From contig JAUYQQ010000023.1 of the NCBI GenBank assembly GCA_030697165.1, positions 286,681 through 350,680 on the forward strand: 64,000 nucleotides of DNA, in the 5' to 3' direction. Numbering within the stretch: the stretch's first letter is position 1; each line of letters starts with the position of its first letter. Shown piece after piece: positions 1 through 9,615 of this stretch. The position numbers and the translations under genes were made by a program. Source of the DNA: Acidobacteriota bacterium. GTDB taxonomy: Bacteria; Acidobacteriota; Vicinamibacteria; Vicinamibacterales; UBA2999. The notes under the pieces were generated by a model. That model was not told the origin of the DNA. It was given only the letters and a program-made list of their open reading frames with translations, and made no database searches.

Positions 1-650
1 CCCCACGTCTGATTGCTGCCAGAGGCATAGCGCAACGACTTGAACGGGAAGGCCATCTCGATGGTCCAGCCGCCGTCGAAGCGGCCGGTCTTCGCCAGCC
101 ACACCGGGTTCCAGTCGGTATTGGGCGACCCTTCATCCACCACCGAGTAATCAGCGAAGCCGCCGATCGGGTTGGCGTAGAACATGTAGCCGCTGCGGCG
201 ATCGTAGAAGGTATCGAAGCCGACCCCGAAATGATCGTTGTTGCGCATCTGGTTGGTGTCGCGCCGCAGCTCGTTGGCAATCCACCGCTCGGGCGGGGCC
301 TGGTCCCAGACCCTCGCCGACACGTAGATGTGGTCCTCGTCGAACGAGACCCAAATCTCGGTCTTCTCGGTCGATGGTTCGCGGTAACGAGGCGCGGCCT
401 GCACCATGCCATCGAAGCCGGGATAGGTCGTGTAGATCGACTCATCGAGCTGGCCATCGAGCTTGAACGGCTCGACCAGTTTGATCGCACGAATCGTCGA
501 CTTGCCGGTGGCCTCGTCGCGGGCCATGCCGTTGGGCGATTCAGGCGCGGCCGGTCCGTCCACCACCTGGGTGGCCGGGGCCGGCGGCTGCTGAGCAAGA
601 GCGAGTGGGGTCGAAAGGAAAAAGACTGCGGACGCTAACAGGAGACGCAC
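1..650 (-). CDS. Secreted CBM9-like / DUF5916-family protein, N-terminal part (gene runs off the left window edge)
   Basis: Not in the ORF track because it is open at the edge. Hand translation of the minus strand from GTG 650-648 gives VRLLLASAVFFLSTPLALAQQ (signal peptide), then IRAIKLVEPFKLDGQLDESIYT, EIWVSFDEDHIYVSARVWD, NDHFGVGFDTFYDRRSGYMFYANPIGG and GGWTIEMAFPFKSLRY. I associate this pattern with carbohydrate-binding-family-9-like DUF5916 proteins. The GTG start is inferred from the signal peptide and from the same 16-nt overlap geometry seen at the other ankyrin-gene stops. Confidence 0.55.
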   Translation of the reverse strand, partial: MRLLLASAVFFLSTPLALAQQPPAPATQVVDGPAAPESPNGMARDEATGKSTIRAIKLVEPFKLDGQLDESIYTTYPGFDGMVQAAPRYREPSTEKTEIWVSFDEDHIYVSARVWDQAPPERWIANELRRDTNQMRNNDHFGVGFDTFYDRRSGYMFYANPIGGFADYSVVDEGSPNTDWNPVWLAKTGRFDGGWTIEMAFPFKSLRYASGSNQTW

Positions 651-2335
651 TTATGGTTGTTCTTTGCTCCGAGCTTTTCCAGAAGGGCGATGGTCTCGGG
701 ATAGGGTTGCACGCGCTGTACTGCGCCATTGGCCATGTCGACGGTCGTTCTCCCCTCGCGGTCGACAGCCATGACGTTGGCGCCTTTCGACACCAGATAG
801 AGAATCATCTCGTTGTCGCCCCGGGCGGCCGCGTGATGCAGCGCGGTGTTGCCGTCGTGGTCGGCGGCATTGACGTCGGCGCCCAGTTCCTCGACGAGGT
901 ACTTGACGGCCGCCATCATGCCGGTGGGCGCGAAGCGATGGGAGTTGGCAGCGAAGCCCTCGCCGTAGCCGACGCCGGCCGTGGCATGGAGCGCCGTGAC
1001 CGACGGCCCGCCGATCGCGACCGGCGGCAGTCCCGACAGGTCTTTCACTTCGCGCTCGGCCGCGTCGCCGAAACGGGGGCGGCCGGCCGGCTTGATGGTG
1101 GGCACGTTGGGGTCGGCACCGGCCGCCACCAGCATGCGCATGGCGGCGACGTCGCTGGCATAGGCGGCGCGCCAGAACACGCTGGCGCCAATCTCATCAA
1201 CGCCAGAAAGATCGAAGCTGTAACCCGAGTACCACACCTTCATCTTCAGGCGCGCGTTGACGTCGGCGCCCCGGTCGATCAGGTTCTTCATCAAGTCGAG
1301 GTAGCCGAGCTTCTGCTGCATGTGCGCGCGCGGCTGCGGATAGAGCGCCTTGGGCGCCCACTCGACGTTCAGGGCCGCGTAGAGCGGGGTGACACCGTTG
1401 ACGCTCGCCAGGTTCGGGTTGGCGCCGCGGTCGAGCAGGTCCTGGGCCAGGTCGAAGTGACCGTTGATCACCGCCATCAGCAACGGGGTGGTCTGGTCAC
1501 CGGCCGACGGCAGGTTGACATCGGCGCCGGCGGCCAGCAGGGCCGAGGTTGACTCGGCGTAGCCCTGGCGCACCGCGAACAGCAGCGGCGTGAGGCCGCC
1601 GTGCGCGTTGATCAGTTCGTTCAGCTGGTAGTTGCGATCGACACCCGGCATCGGCGGGCGCGCGCCCGCCGCCGGCGCCCCAGGCCGCGGCGGCGCGCCC
1701 GGCGCCTGCGGATTGCCGCCAAAACCCAGGCCTTCGCGACTCAGGTTGGCAAGGTCCGACACCTTGCTGGTGGCCTTGAGGTCGCCGCCCTTCGCGGCCA
1801 GCACCGTGATGACGTCGGCCCGGTTGGCCGCCGCGGCGTACATCAGCGGCGTCTGCAACCGTACGCCGTCCTTCGCGTTGACGTCGGCGCCGGCGTCCAG
1901 CAGCACTTTCACGGCGTCTACCTTGCCCGACGCGGCGGCCACCATCAGCGGCGAGGTGCCGTTCGGCGTGCCGGCCTTGAGGTCGCTGCCGGCGGTGAGC
2001 AGTGCCTGGATCACCGGCCCGTGGCCCTGCTGGCTGGCCAGGAACAGCGGTGTGTAGGCGCCCAGGCGCGTGGTGGCGCGGACATTCGCGCCGGCAAAGA
2101 CCAGCATCTGCGCCAGCTCGAGGTCGCCGCTCATGGCCGCCCAGTGCAAGGCCGTCATGCCGTCGCCCTGCGCCGCGTTGACGTCGGCGGCGGACTTCAG
2201 CAACGCCTTGACCGCGGCCTTGTCGCCGTTCATGGCGGCGTCGGCGACGGGCGCCGTGGCGGCCGCCGACAACATGGCCGACAGGCCGATGGCCATCACA
2301 CCGGCGACGAATGAGCCGCGAATCACTTTACGCAT
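635..2335 (-). CDS. Secreted ankyrin-repeat protein (cassette 1)
   Basis: ORF 635..2350. Probable start is ATG 2335 (MRKVIRGSFVAGVMAIGLSAMLSAAATAPVADA signal peptide). Repeated GMTALHWAA, TPLxxAA and GADVNA ankyrin signatures sit in two blocks separated by a Pro/Gly-rich linker. C-terminus is KNNHKCVSC. Confidence 0.85.
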   Translation of the reverse strand: MRKVIRGSFVAGVMAIGLSAMLSAAATAPVADAAMNGDKAAVKALLKSAADVNAAQGDGMTALHWAAMSGDLELAQMLVFAGANVRATTRLGAYTPLFLASQQGHGPVIQALLTAGSDLKAGTPNGTSPLMVAAASGKVDAVKVLLDAGADVNAKDGVRLQTPLMYAAAANRADVITVLAAKGGDLKATSKVSDLANLSREGLGFGGNPQAPGAPPRPGAPAAGARPPMPGVDRNYQLNELINAHGGLTPLLFAVRQGYAESTSALLAAGADVNLPSAGDQTTPLLMAVINGHFDLAQDLLDRGANPNLASVNGVTPLYAALNVEWAPKALYPQPRAHMQQKLGYLDLMKNLIDRGADVNARLKMKVWYSGYSFDLSGVDEIGASVFWRAAYASDVAAMRMLVAAGADPNVPTIKPAGRPRFGDAAEREVKDLSGLPPVAIGGPSVTALHATAGVGYGEGFAANSHRFAPTGMMAAVKYLVEELGADVNAADHDGNTALHHAAARGDNEMILYLVSKGANVMAVDREGRTTVDMANGAVQRVQPYPETIALLEKLGAKNNHKCVSC

Positions 2336-2358
2336 ATATGTCCCTGTCACTTACTTTG

Positions 2359-2467
2359 ACCACGAAGGACACGAAGACTAACGAAGGGCACGAAAAACAC
2401 TTTGCTCAACTCTTTGAGAAAGAGGCTTCGTGTCCTTCGCGTTTCCCTTCGTGAACTTCGTGGTTGC
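2359..2467. repeat. CACGAAG-stutter palindromic intergenic element, copy 1
   Basis: Left arm accacgaaggacacgaagactaacgaagggcacgaa; right arm cttcgtgtccttcgcgtttcccttcgtgaacttcgtggt. The arms are reverse complements built from repeated CACGAAG / CTTCGTG units. Confidence 0.8.
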
Positions 2468-2471
2468 CTTC

Positions 2472-3875
2472 CTATTCAGCGGCCGCGGTGGTCGCTGGAA
2501 CGGTGTTCAGGTCATAAGCCGCGGTGCTGTCGCCGAACGACTTGAAGTCGTCCATGCCCAGCAGGTGCGCCACCGACAACATCACGTTGGCCATCGGCGT
2601 GCCGTCGGCCGCCTTCAGGTGCAGGCCGCCCTTGAGCGCGCCGCCGGCGTGGCCGGCCAGGAACAGCGGGCAGCGCTTATGGTTGTGCACGTTCGAGTTG
2701 CCCATCGGCGAGCCGTAGACGATCAGCGTGTTGTCCAGCAGGTTGCTGTCGCCGTCCGGCGTGTCCTTCAGCTTCTTGAGGAAATACGGAATCATGCTGA
2801 TGTGGTACTTGTTGATCTTGGCGAAGTCGGTGATGCGCTCGTCGCGGTCCTGGTGGTGCGAGGCCGAGTGGAACGCCGCCTTGTAGCCGCTGTCGGGATA
2901 GACGCGGTTGGAGGCGTCGCGGCCCATCTTGAACGCGAACACGCGGGTCGTGTCCGACGCAAACGCCAGCGCCTGCAGGTCGAACATCAACTTGACGTGC
3001 TGCTCGAACGAGTCGGGGACCCCCACCGGTGCGCCCGGCAGCTCGCGCTGCTCGCCCTTGCTGTTGGACGCCTCGACCTGCTGGATGCGGCGCTCGATCT
3101 CGCGCACGTCTTCCAGGTAGTCGGCCAGCCGCGCCTGGTCGGCCGCGCCCAGGTTCTTGTTCAGGCGCGCCACCGCGCCACCCAGCCAGTCGAGAATGCT
3201 CTGGTCCTCGCTGCGCCGTTCCTTCCGCTCGGCCGGCGTCGCGCCGACGCCGAACAACAGGTCGAACACGGTGCGCGGATCGCGCACCATCGGCAGCGGC
3301 TGGTCGGGCGCCGCCCAGCTAATCGAATCGGTGTAGGTGCACGAGTAGCCGTAGGAGCATCCGCCGGCCTGGTCGACGTTCTCAATGCACAACTGCATCG
3401 ACGGAATGGCCGTGGTCTGCCCGAAGCGCTGCGCGTAGTACTGATCGAGCGAGGTGCCGACGAACACGTCGGACCCCTGCGTCTGCTTGGGGTGCATCTG
3501 CGTCAGGAACACCGCGCTCGAGCGGAAGTGGTCGCCGCCGATCTCCGGGGCCGTGAACGCCTCGGCATTGCGCACGTCGGTGTTGCTGACGATGGTGAGG
3601 TCGTTGCGGAACGGCTCGAGCGGCGCCAGCGAACTGGGCGACAGGTCGAAGTCGCGGCCGACCGCGGCCGGCGCCCACAGGTTCTGCTTGATGCCAAACG
3701 CCGTGCTGCCGGCAGAGCCGTGCACCATTTCAATCGCCGCCAGGCGGACCTTGCCACGCGCCTGCGCAGAGGTGGCGCGAGCCGGCACCATGGCCTCGAG
3801 GAACGGCAGCGCCATGGTGACGCCAACGCCCTTGAGCGCGGTGCGGCGGGAAATGTGCTTCTGCGTGATGTACAT
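2472..3875 (-). CDS. DUF1552 (HxxSHH) family protein, Tat-exported (cassette 1)
   Basis: 467 aa. MYITQKHISRRTALKGVGVTMALPFLEAM twin-arginine leader, FHSASHH motif, HNHKRCPLFLAG. Typical DUF1552 partner of DUF1592 proteins. Confidence 0.9.
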   Translation of the reverse strand: MYITQKHISRRTALKGVGVTMALPFLEAMVPARATSAQARGKVRLAAIEMVHGSAGSTAFGIKQNLWAPAAVGRDFDLSPSSLAPLEPFRNDLTIVSNTDVRNAEAFTAPEIGGDHFRSSAVFLTQMHPKQTQGSDVFVGTSLDQYYAQRFGQTTAIPSMQLCIENVDQAGGCSYGYSCTYTDSISWAAPDQPLPMVRDPRTVFDLLFGVGATPAERKERRSEDQSILDWLGGAVARLNKNLGAADQARLADYLEDVREIERRIQQVEASNSKGEQRELPGAPVGVPDSFEQHVKLMFDLQALAFASDTTRVFAFKMGRDASNRVYPDSGYKAAFHSASHHQDRDERITDFAKINKYHISMIPYFLKKLKDTPDGDSNLLDNTLIVYGSPMGNSNVHNHKRCPLFLAGHAGGALKGGLHLKAADGTPMANVMLSVAHLLGMDDFKSFGDSTAAYDLNTVPATTAAAE

Positions 3876-3896
3876 CGTCTCTGCTCCTGCTGCCCT

Positions 3897-3921
3897 ATCC
3901 GGCTAAAGCCGGATGCTACAT
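3897..3921. repeat. REP-like hairpin ATCCGGCTAAAGCCGGATGCTACAT, copy 1
   Basis: CCGGC-TAAA-GCCGG stem-loop in the 50-nt gap between the DUF1592 and DUF1552 genes. Near-identical copy at 9556-9580; related copies at 20050-20113. Confidence 0.8.
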
Positions 3922-3925
3922 CTGC

Positions 3926-6448
3926 CTAACGCGCGACGTCGGTCGCGCGGCGTTGCTTGCCCGTATCGGTCATGCCCATCCTGAACGCCGGGCTGTTGAC
4001 CACACCCATCACAAACGCCGACAGCTTGTTGTCGCTCTTGCCGGCGTTACGCACGATTGTGCGAATGGCCGGCATGTCGGTGTACTCAACCCGCCGCCCG
4101 ATCGCATAGGTCATCAGGCTCTCGGTGAATCCCGTCAGGAACACGTCCGAGTGCGTCATCAGCGCCTCGCGCAGGCCGGCCGGGCCGTCAATTTTGGTGC
4201 CGTCGTAGAGGTCGCCCACCACGTCGACCGGCACTTCGTTGTCCTTGATCCGCCAGGCGCCGGTGACGTCAAAGTTCTCGAGCGCGAGGCCGAGCGGATC
4301 GATCACCCTGTGGCACGAGGTGCACGCCGGGTTCTTGCGGTGCTCTTCCATGCGCTCGCGCGTCGACAGCATCTTGCCGCCTTCGTTGGCCTTCACCGAG
4401 TCATCGAGCGACGGCACGTTGGGCGGCGGCGCCGGCGGCGGCGAGGCCAGCAGCACTTCCATCACCCACTTGCCACGGTTCACGGGTGAAGTGCGGTCGG
4501 CGACCGAGGTCAGCGTCAGGATGCTGCCCTGCCCGAGCAGGCCGCGGCGGTTCGGCGGCAGGGCCACGCGCTGAAACGCGCTGCCGGTCACGTTCGCAAT
4601 GCCGTAGTGCTTGGCCAGCCGTTCGTTGACGAAGCTGTAGTCGGCGGTCAGCAGGTCGGTGACCTTGCGGTCCTCGCGCACGATGCTGTCAAAGAACAGC
4701 TCGGTTTCCCGCTTCATCGCCCGGGCGAGCGTGTCGTCGTACTGCGGATACAGCAGGTAGTCGGGGAAAATCTTGTCGAGGTCCTGCAGGCGCAGCCACT
4801 GCGACCCGAACCGCGTCGACAGCGCCTCGGCGCGCTTGTCGGCGAGCATGCGGCGCACCTGCTTCTGCAGGCCGAGCGGCGTGCGCAACGACCCGAGCGA
4901 CGCCGCCTTGACCAGTTCCGCGTCGGGCACCGTGCCCCAGAGGAAGAACGACAGGCGCGAGGCCAGGTCTTCGTCACTGATGCGATACGTGACCACCCCG
5001 GTGGCGGTGCGAATCCCGGCCGGCTGTGCCTCGAGACGGAACAGGAAGCGCGGGCTCATCAGGATCGACTGCACCGCCATGCGGATACCAGGCTCGAAGC
5101 CGCCCTTGGTCCGGCCCTGCTCGTAGAACTTCATGGCGTCCTGCAGGTCGGCCGCCGTCGGCGCGCCGCGAAACGCCTGGGTCGCAAGTTGGTTGACGAT
5201 CTCGGCCGCGCACGACTCCTCTTCGGCGGCGCTGGTCGGCCGGCACGAGAAGATCTTCAGGCGGCTCGGCGTGTCGGACACGCCGGTGACGTCAAGCGGG
5301 CCCTGCACCACGAAATCGCGCAGGTGCGGCAGCATGGTGATGCCAAAGGTGATGCTGACATCGGCCAGCGTGTTCTCGAGCGGCATCAGCAGGTCGTCGA
5401 CCGGGCCGTCCAGGTGCTGAATGAAGGCGGCGGTCACGCGCTGCGGGCCGGCCTTGATGTGCACCGGCGGCGTCTGCAACTCGAGGCTGTTCTTCGGGTC
5501 GGTCTCGCTCATCCGCGTGTTCAGGTCGAACAGCGCGACCCGCTCACCGTTCACCGACACTTCAACCTGTTCCTTGAGGCCGTAGGCGGTCATGGTGTTG
5601 CGGCCCGCCAGTCCGCCGAGCGGTTCGTAGTGCAGCGAGGTCTTGAACACGTAGTGGCCGTCGGCGGGGAACGTGTGCACCACCGAGGTGCCGCCGCGCG
5701 TGCCCATCGGCGCGCCGTCCACGCGGCGCATCTGCGAGGCGGCGCGGGCGATCTTGTAGGTGGTCGAGCTCGCCGAGGCCTGGCGATCGCCCACCGCCAG
5801 CCGGCTGATCTGACTCGCCGCGCGCAGGTAGCCGTCCATCAAGGTCGGCGAAAACGTCTGGGCGTCAGCCACGTTGTCGAACCCGTGGCTGATGGTGTCG
5901 GGCGGCAGGTAGGTCGTCACGTCGACGTCCACGTTCAGCAGGTCCTTGACCGCATTCGCGTACTCGGCGCGGTTCAGCCGCTGAAACGGGCGCGAGCCGG
6001 GATTCGGGTTGAGCGCCGCCACCCGGTCCATGCGGCTCTCGAACGCCGACGCCAGCCCGGTCAGCACCGCCGGCTCGGGGCGGCGCGCCCCCGACGGCGG
6101 CATCATGCCGGCGCGCAGCTTGCGGATCAGCTTCTCGGTGGTCTCGCCGTGCTCTTCGAGCTTGGCGGCATCAAACGACGCCAACGACAGGCCACCGGCC
6201 TTGCCGCGCTCGCTGTGGCACCCGGCGCAGTACTGCTTGACGAGCGCCGTCTGCTCCGCCGGCAGCATGGTGGTGGTGGCCGGAGCATGCGAGACCGCCG
6301 GCTTGACCGGCGCCTTCTCGGCGGGCTTCACCGCTTGCTTGCCCACCGTAGCGCGCGCGTTCTGTTCTCGCGCGTAGGTGGGCGCCGAGACCGCCACACC
6401 AACCAGGGCCGTGATGAACACGGCGCTAACAAAAGTCTTCGTCAGCAT
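3926..6448 (-). CDS. Heme-c DUF1592/DUF1595/DUF1588/DUF1587/DUF1585-type multidomain protein (cassette 1)
   Basis: ORF 3926..6457 (GTG). The more likely start is ATG 6448 (MLTKTFVSAVFITALVGVAVSAPTYA signal). N-terminal QYCAGCHS heme-c motif and LRAGMMPPSG; C-terminal HRKNPACTSCHRVIDPLGLALENFD. Confidence 0.9.
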   Translation of the reverse strand: MLTKTFVSAVFITALVGVAVSAPTYAREQNARATVGKQAVKPAEKAPVKPAVSHAPATTTMLPAEQTALVKQYCAGCHSERGKAGGLSLASFDAAKLEEHGETTEKLIRKLRAGMMPPSGARRPEPAVLTGLASAFESRMDRVAALNPNPGSRPFQRLNRAEYANAVKDLLNVDVDVTTYLPPDTISHGFDNVADAQTFSPTLMDGYLRAASQISRLAVGDRQASASSTTYKIARAASQMRRVDGAPMGTRGGTSVVHTFPADGHYVFKTSLHYEPLGGLAGRNTMTAYGLKEQVEVSVNGERVALFDLNTRMSETDPKNSLELQTPPVHIKAGPQRVTAAFIQHLDGPVDDLLMPLENTLADVSITFGITMLPHLRDFVVQGPLDVTGVSDTPSRLKIFSCRPTSAAEEESCAAEIVNQLATQAFRGAPTAADLQDAMKFYEQGRTKGGFEPGIRMAVQSILMSPRFLFRLEAQPAGIRTATGVVTYRISDEDLASRLSFFLWGTVPDAELVKAASLGSLRTPLGLQKQVRRMLADKRAEALSTRFGSQWLRLQDLDKIFPDYLLYPQYDDTLARAMKRETELFFDSIVREDRKVTDLLTADYSFVNERLAKHYGIANVTGSAFQRVALPPNRRGLLGQGSILTLTSVADRTSPVNRGKWVMEVLLASPPPAPPPNVPSLDDSVKANEGGKMLSTRERMEEHRKNPACTSCHRVIDPLGLALENFDVTGAWRIKDNEVPVDVVGDLYDGTKIDGPAGLREALMTHSDVFLTGFTESLMTYAIGRRVEYTDMPAIRTIVRNAGKSDNKLSAFVMGVVNSPAFRMGMTDTGKQRRATDVAR

Positions 6449-8112
6449 GTGATGCACTTGTGGTTGTTCTTGGCGCCGAGCGACTCGAGCAGCTTGATGG
6501 TGTCGGGATAGGGCTGCGTGCGCTGCACGGGGCCGTTGGCGATATCGACCGTGGTGTTGCCCTCGCGGTTCACGCGCATGACATCGGCGCCTTTCGAGAC
6601 CAGGAACAGAATCGATTCGTTGTCGCCGCGCGATGCCGCCAGGTGCACGGGCGTGTTGCCCTCGTGGTCGGTGGCGTTGACGTCGGCGCCCAGCTCTTCG
6701 ACCAGGTACTTGATGGCCGGCAGGAACCCGGTTGGCGCATAGCGGTGCGAGTTGGCGGCGAAGCCTTCGCCGTAGCCGACGCCCGACGCGGCGTGCAGCG
6801 GGAACACCGCGGGACCGCCATACGGAACCGGCGGCACGCCGGACAGGTCCTGGATCTGGCGAATGCCCTCGCCGGTGAACGGCCGGCCGGCCGGCTTCAT
6901 GGTCGGGATGTTCGGATCGGCGCCGTGCGCCACCAGCAGCTTCATGGCGGCAACGTCGTTGGCATACGAGGCACGCCAGAACGGGGTGGCGCCGCTCTCG
7001 TCCACGCCGGCGAAATCGGAATTAAAGGCCTGGTACCAGACCTTGCGCTGCAGACGCACGTTCGGGTCGGCACCCTTGTCGAGCAGCATCTTCATCAAGT
7101 CGAGATACGTCGTCTGCTGCTGCTGATACGCCTTCGGGCTCGGATAGAGCGACTTGGGCGCCCACTGGATGTTCAGCACCGCGTAAAGCGGCGTCGCGCC
7201 GTTGAAGGCCGCCACGTTCGGGTGGGCGCCCTTCTCGATCAGGTAGGTCGCCAGGTCGAAGTGGCCGTTGATGATCGCCATCAGCAGCGGGCTGGTCTGG
7301 TCACCGGCGTTCAGTTGGTTCAGGTCGGCGCCGCCCTCGACGAGCGCCTTGACCGTGTCGGTGAAACCCTGGCGGGCCGCAAACAGCAACGCGGTGAGGC
7401 CGCCCTGGCTGCTGATCAATTCGTTATAGCGGTAGCTGCGGGTCGCGCCGGCGATGTCAACCGGACGGTTGGCGGCCGCCGCCGGGCGGCCGCGGCTCAT
7501 GGCCTCTTCTTCAGGGGCGGTCAGCGCGAACAGGTCCACCACCTTGGTCGTGGCCTTGTGATCGGCGCCGCGCGCGAGCAGCAGCTTCACGGCATCGGTG
7601 CGATTGAACGCCGCCGCAAACATCAGCGGCGTCTCGCCCTTGGCGCCGTCCCTGGCATTGATGTCAGCGCCGTTCTCGACGAGCGACGTGATGGTGCGGG
7701 TATCGCCGGCGGCTGCGGCAATCATCAGCGGCGTGGTGCCATTGGTGGTGGTCGCCTTGGCATCGGCGCCGGCCGCGAGCAACGCCGCGACCACTCCCGA
7801 ATGGCCGCCCTTGGCAGCCAGGTACAACGGGGTGTACGCGCCCAGCCGGGTCGTGGCGCGCACGTTGGCGCCGGCGTAGATCAGCATCTGCGCCAGCTCG
7901 GCATCGCCCGTCATCGCCGCCCAGTGCAGGGCGGTGGTGCCGTCACCCTGGGCTTCGTTGACGTCCAGGCCCTTCTTGAGCAGCGCCCGCACGCCGTCGC
8001 GATCGCCCTTGCTGGCCGCGTCGGCGACCGGCGCGGGTGCCTGCCCACTGATCGCCACCGTCAGGCACACCGCCAATCCGAGGGCTCCGAATGCTTGCTG
8101 TCGCATCATCAC
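6442..8112 (-). CDS. Secreted ankyrin-repeat protein (cassette 2)
   Basis: 556 aa. Signal MMMRQQAFGALGLAVCLTVAISGQAPAPVADA. Ankyrin signatures throughout. C-terminus KNNHKCITC. Stop TGA 6442-6444 overlaps the downstream DUF1592 start (ATGCTGA). Confidence 0.88.
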   Translation of the reverse strand: MMMRQQAFGALGLAVCLTVAISGQAPAPVADAASKGDRDGVRALLKKGLDVNEAQGDGTTALHWAAMTGDAELAQMLIYAGANVRATTRLGAYTPLYLAAKGGHSGVVAALLAAGADAKATTTNGTTPLMIAAAAGDTRTITSLVENGADINARDGAKGETPLMFAAAFNRTDAVKLLLARGADHKATTKVVDLFALTAPEEEAMSRGRPAAAANRPVDIAGATRSYRYNELISSQGGLTALLFAARQGFTDTVKALVEGGADLNQLNAGDQTSPLLMAIINGHFDLATYLIEKGAHPNVAAFNGATPLYAVLNIQWAPKSLYPSPKAYQQQQTTYLDLMKMLLDKGADPNVRLQRKVWYQAFNSDFAGVDESGATPFWRASYANDVAAMKLLVAHGADPNIPTMKPAGRPFTGEGIRQIQDLSGVPPVPYGGPAVFPLHAASGVGYGEGFAANSHRYAPTGFLPAIKYLVEELGADVNATDHEGNTPVHLAASRGDNESILFLVSKGADVMRVNREGNTTVDIANGPVQRTQPYPDTIKLLESLGAKNNHKCITC

Positions 8113-8118
8113 GGGGGC

Positions 8119-9525
8119 CTACTCCTGGGCGGCGGTCGCGTCGGGCGCCGTCGTGAGGTTGAAGGTGCCGCTGCTGTCACCGAAGCTCTTGACCTCGTCC
8201 AGGCCCAGGCCGTGCATGACGCTCAGCATGGCGTTGGCCATCGGCGTGCCGTCGGCAGCCTTCAGGTGCAGCCCGCCCTTGAGCGCGCCGCCGGCCTTGC
8301 CCGCAAAGAACAGCGGGCAGCGCTTGTGGTTGTGGATGTTCGAGTCGCCCATCGGCGAGCCGTAGACCACCAGCGTGTTGTCGAGCAGGTTGCTGTCGCC
8401 GTCAGGCGTGTCCTTCAGCTTCTGGAGGAAGTACGGCAGCATGCCGATGTGGTACTTGTTGATCTTGGCGAACTCGAGGATGCGGTCTTCGCGATCGCCG
8501 TGGTGCGACGCCGGGTGGAAGCCGGTGCTCACGCCGCTCGTCGGGTAGACGCGGCTTGACGCGTCGCGGCCCATCTTGAACGAGAACACGCGGGTCGTGT
8601 CGGACGCGAAGGCCACCGCCTGCAGGTCGAACATCAGCTTGACGTGATCGTCAAACGAGTCGGGCACGCCGACCGGCGAGGTCGGCAGTTCGCGCATCTC
8701 GCCGCTCTTGTTGTAGGCCTCGACCTTCTGGATGCGCCGTTCGATCTCGCGCACTTCGTCGAGGTAGTTCGACAGGCGCGTGCGGTCGGCGGCGCCAATC
8801 TCCTGGTTCAGTCGCGCCAGCTGCGCGCTGATCAGGTCGAGAATGCTCTTGTCTTCGGCGCGGCGAATGGCGCGCTCTTCAGGCGTGGCGCCAACGCCGA
8901 ACAACTGGTCGAACGCCAGGCGCGGGTCGCGAATCATCGGCAACGGCGAGTTGGGGTCGGCCCAGCTGATGGTGTCGGTGTAGACGCACGAGTAGCCGTA
9001 AGAGCAGCCGCCGGCCTGGTCAACCGCCTCGATGCACAGCTGCATCGATGGGATCGGCGTCTCCTGACCGAACTTCTGCGCGTAGAGCTGGTCCATCGAC
9101 GTACCGGCGCGCACGCCCGAGCCCTGCGTCTGCAGCGGGTGGGCCTGGGTCAGGAACACCGCGCTCGAACGAAAATGGTCGCCGCCAATTTCCGGCAACT
9201 CAAACGCCTCAGCGTTGCGGACGTCGGTGTTGCTGACAATCGTCAGGTAGTCGCGGAACGGTTCGAGCGGCGCCAGGCTGGTCGGCGACAGGTCGAAGCC
9301 CGTGCCCACGGCCGCCGGCGACCAGAGGTTCTTCTGCAGGCCGAACTTGGTCGCACCCGCGGAGCCGTGCACCATCTCGATGGCGGCGAGCCGCACCTTG
9401 CCCGCGGCTGTCTTGGCGAAGACGGTGCGCGCCGGCACCATCGCCTCCAGCATCGGCAACGCCATCGTCACTCCCATGCCGCGCAGGACGGTGCGACGGG
9501 AAATGTGCTTCTTGGTGATGAACAT
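8119..9525 (-). CDS. DUF1552 (HxxSHH) family protein, Tat-exported (cassette 2)
   Basis: 468 aa. MFITKKHISRRTVLRGMGVTMALPMLEAM, FHPASHH, HNHKRCPLFFAG. Aligns end to end with the cassette 1 and 3 copies by eye. Confidence 0.9.
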   Translation of the reverse strand: MFITKKHISRRTVLRGMGVTMALPMLEAMVPARTVFAKTAAGKVRLAAIEMVHGSAGATKFGLQKNLWSPAAVGTGFDLSPTSLAPLEPFRDYLTIVSNTDVRNAEAFELPEIGGDHFRSSAVFLTQAHPLQTQGSGVRAGTSMDQLYAQKFGQETPIPSMQLCIEAVDQAGGCSYGYSCVYTDTISWADPNSPLPMIRDPRLAFDQLFGVGATPEERAIRRAEDKSILDLISAQLARLNQEIGAADRTRLSNYLDEVREIERRIQKVEAYNKSGEMRELPTSPVGVPDSFDDHVKLMFDLQAVAFASDTTRVFSFKMGRDASSRVYPTSGVSTGFHPASHHGDREDRILEFAKINKYHIGMLPYFLQKLKDTPDGDSNLLDNTLVVYGSPMGDSNIHNHKRCPLFFAGKAGGALKGGLHLKAADGTPMANAMLSVMHGLGLDEVKSFGDSSGTFNLTTAPDATAAQE

Positions 9526-9555
9526 CAGCCTCTCTCCTCCGTTAACGAACGACTT

Positions 9556-9580
9556 ATCCGGCTAAAGCCGGATGCTACAT
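9556..9580. repeat. REP-like hairpin ATCCGGCTAAAGCCGGATGCTACAT, copy 2
   Basis: Same sequence as 3897-3921 and the same position (DUF1592-DUF1552 gap). Confidence 0.8.
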
Positions 9581-9592
9581 TGCCCATGTGGT

Positions 9593-9610
9593 GTCCGCCT
9601 TCAGGCGGAC
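9593..9610. repeat. Second small hairpin GTCCGCC-TTCA-GGCGGAC
   Basis: Perfect 7-bp stem with a TTCA loop. It has the same architecture as GTCCGGC-TTCA-GCCGGAC at 19994-20011. Confidence 0.6.
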
Positions 9611-9615
9611 CGTGC

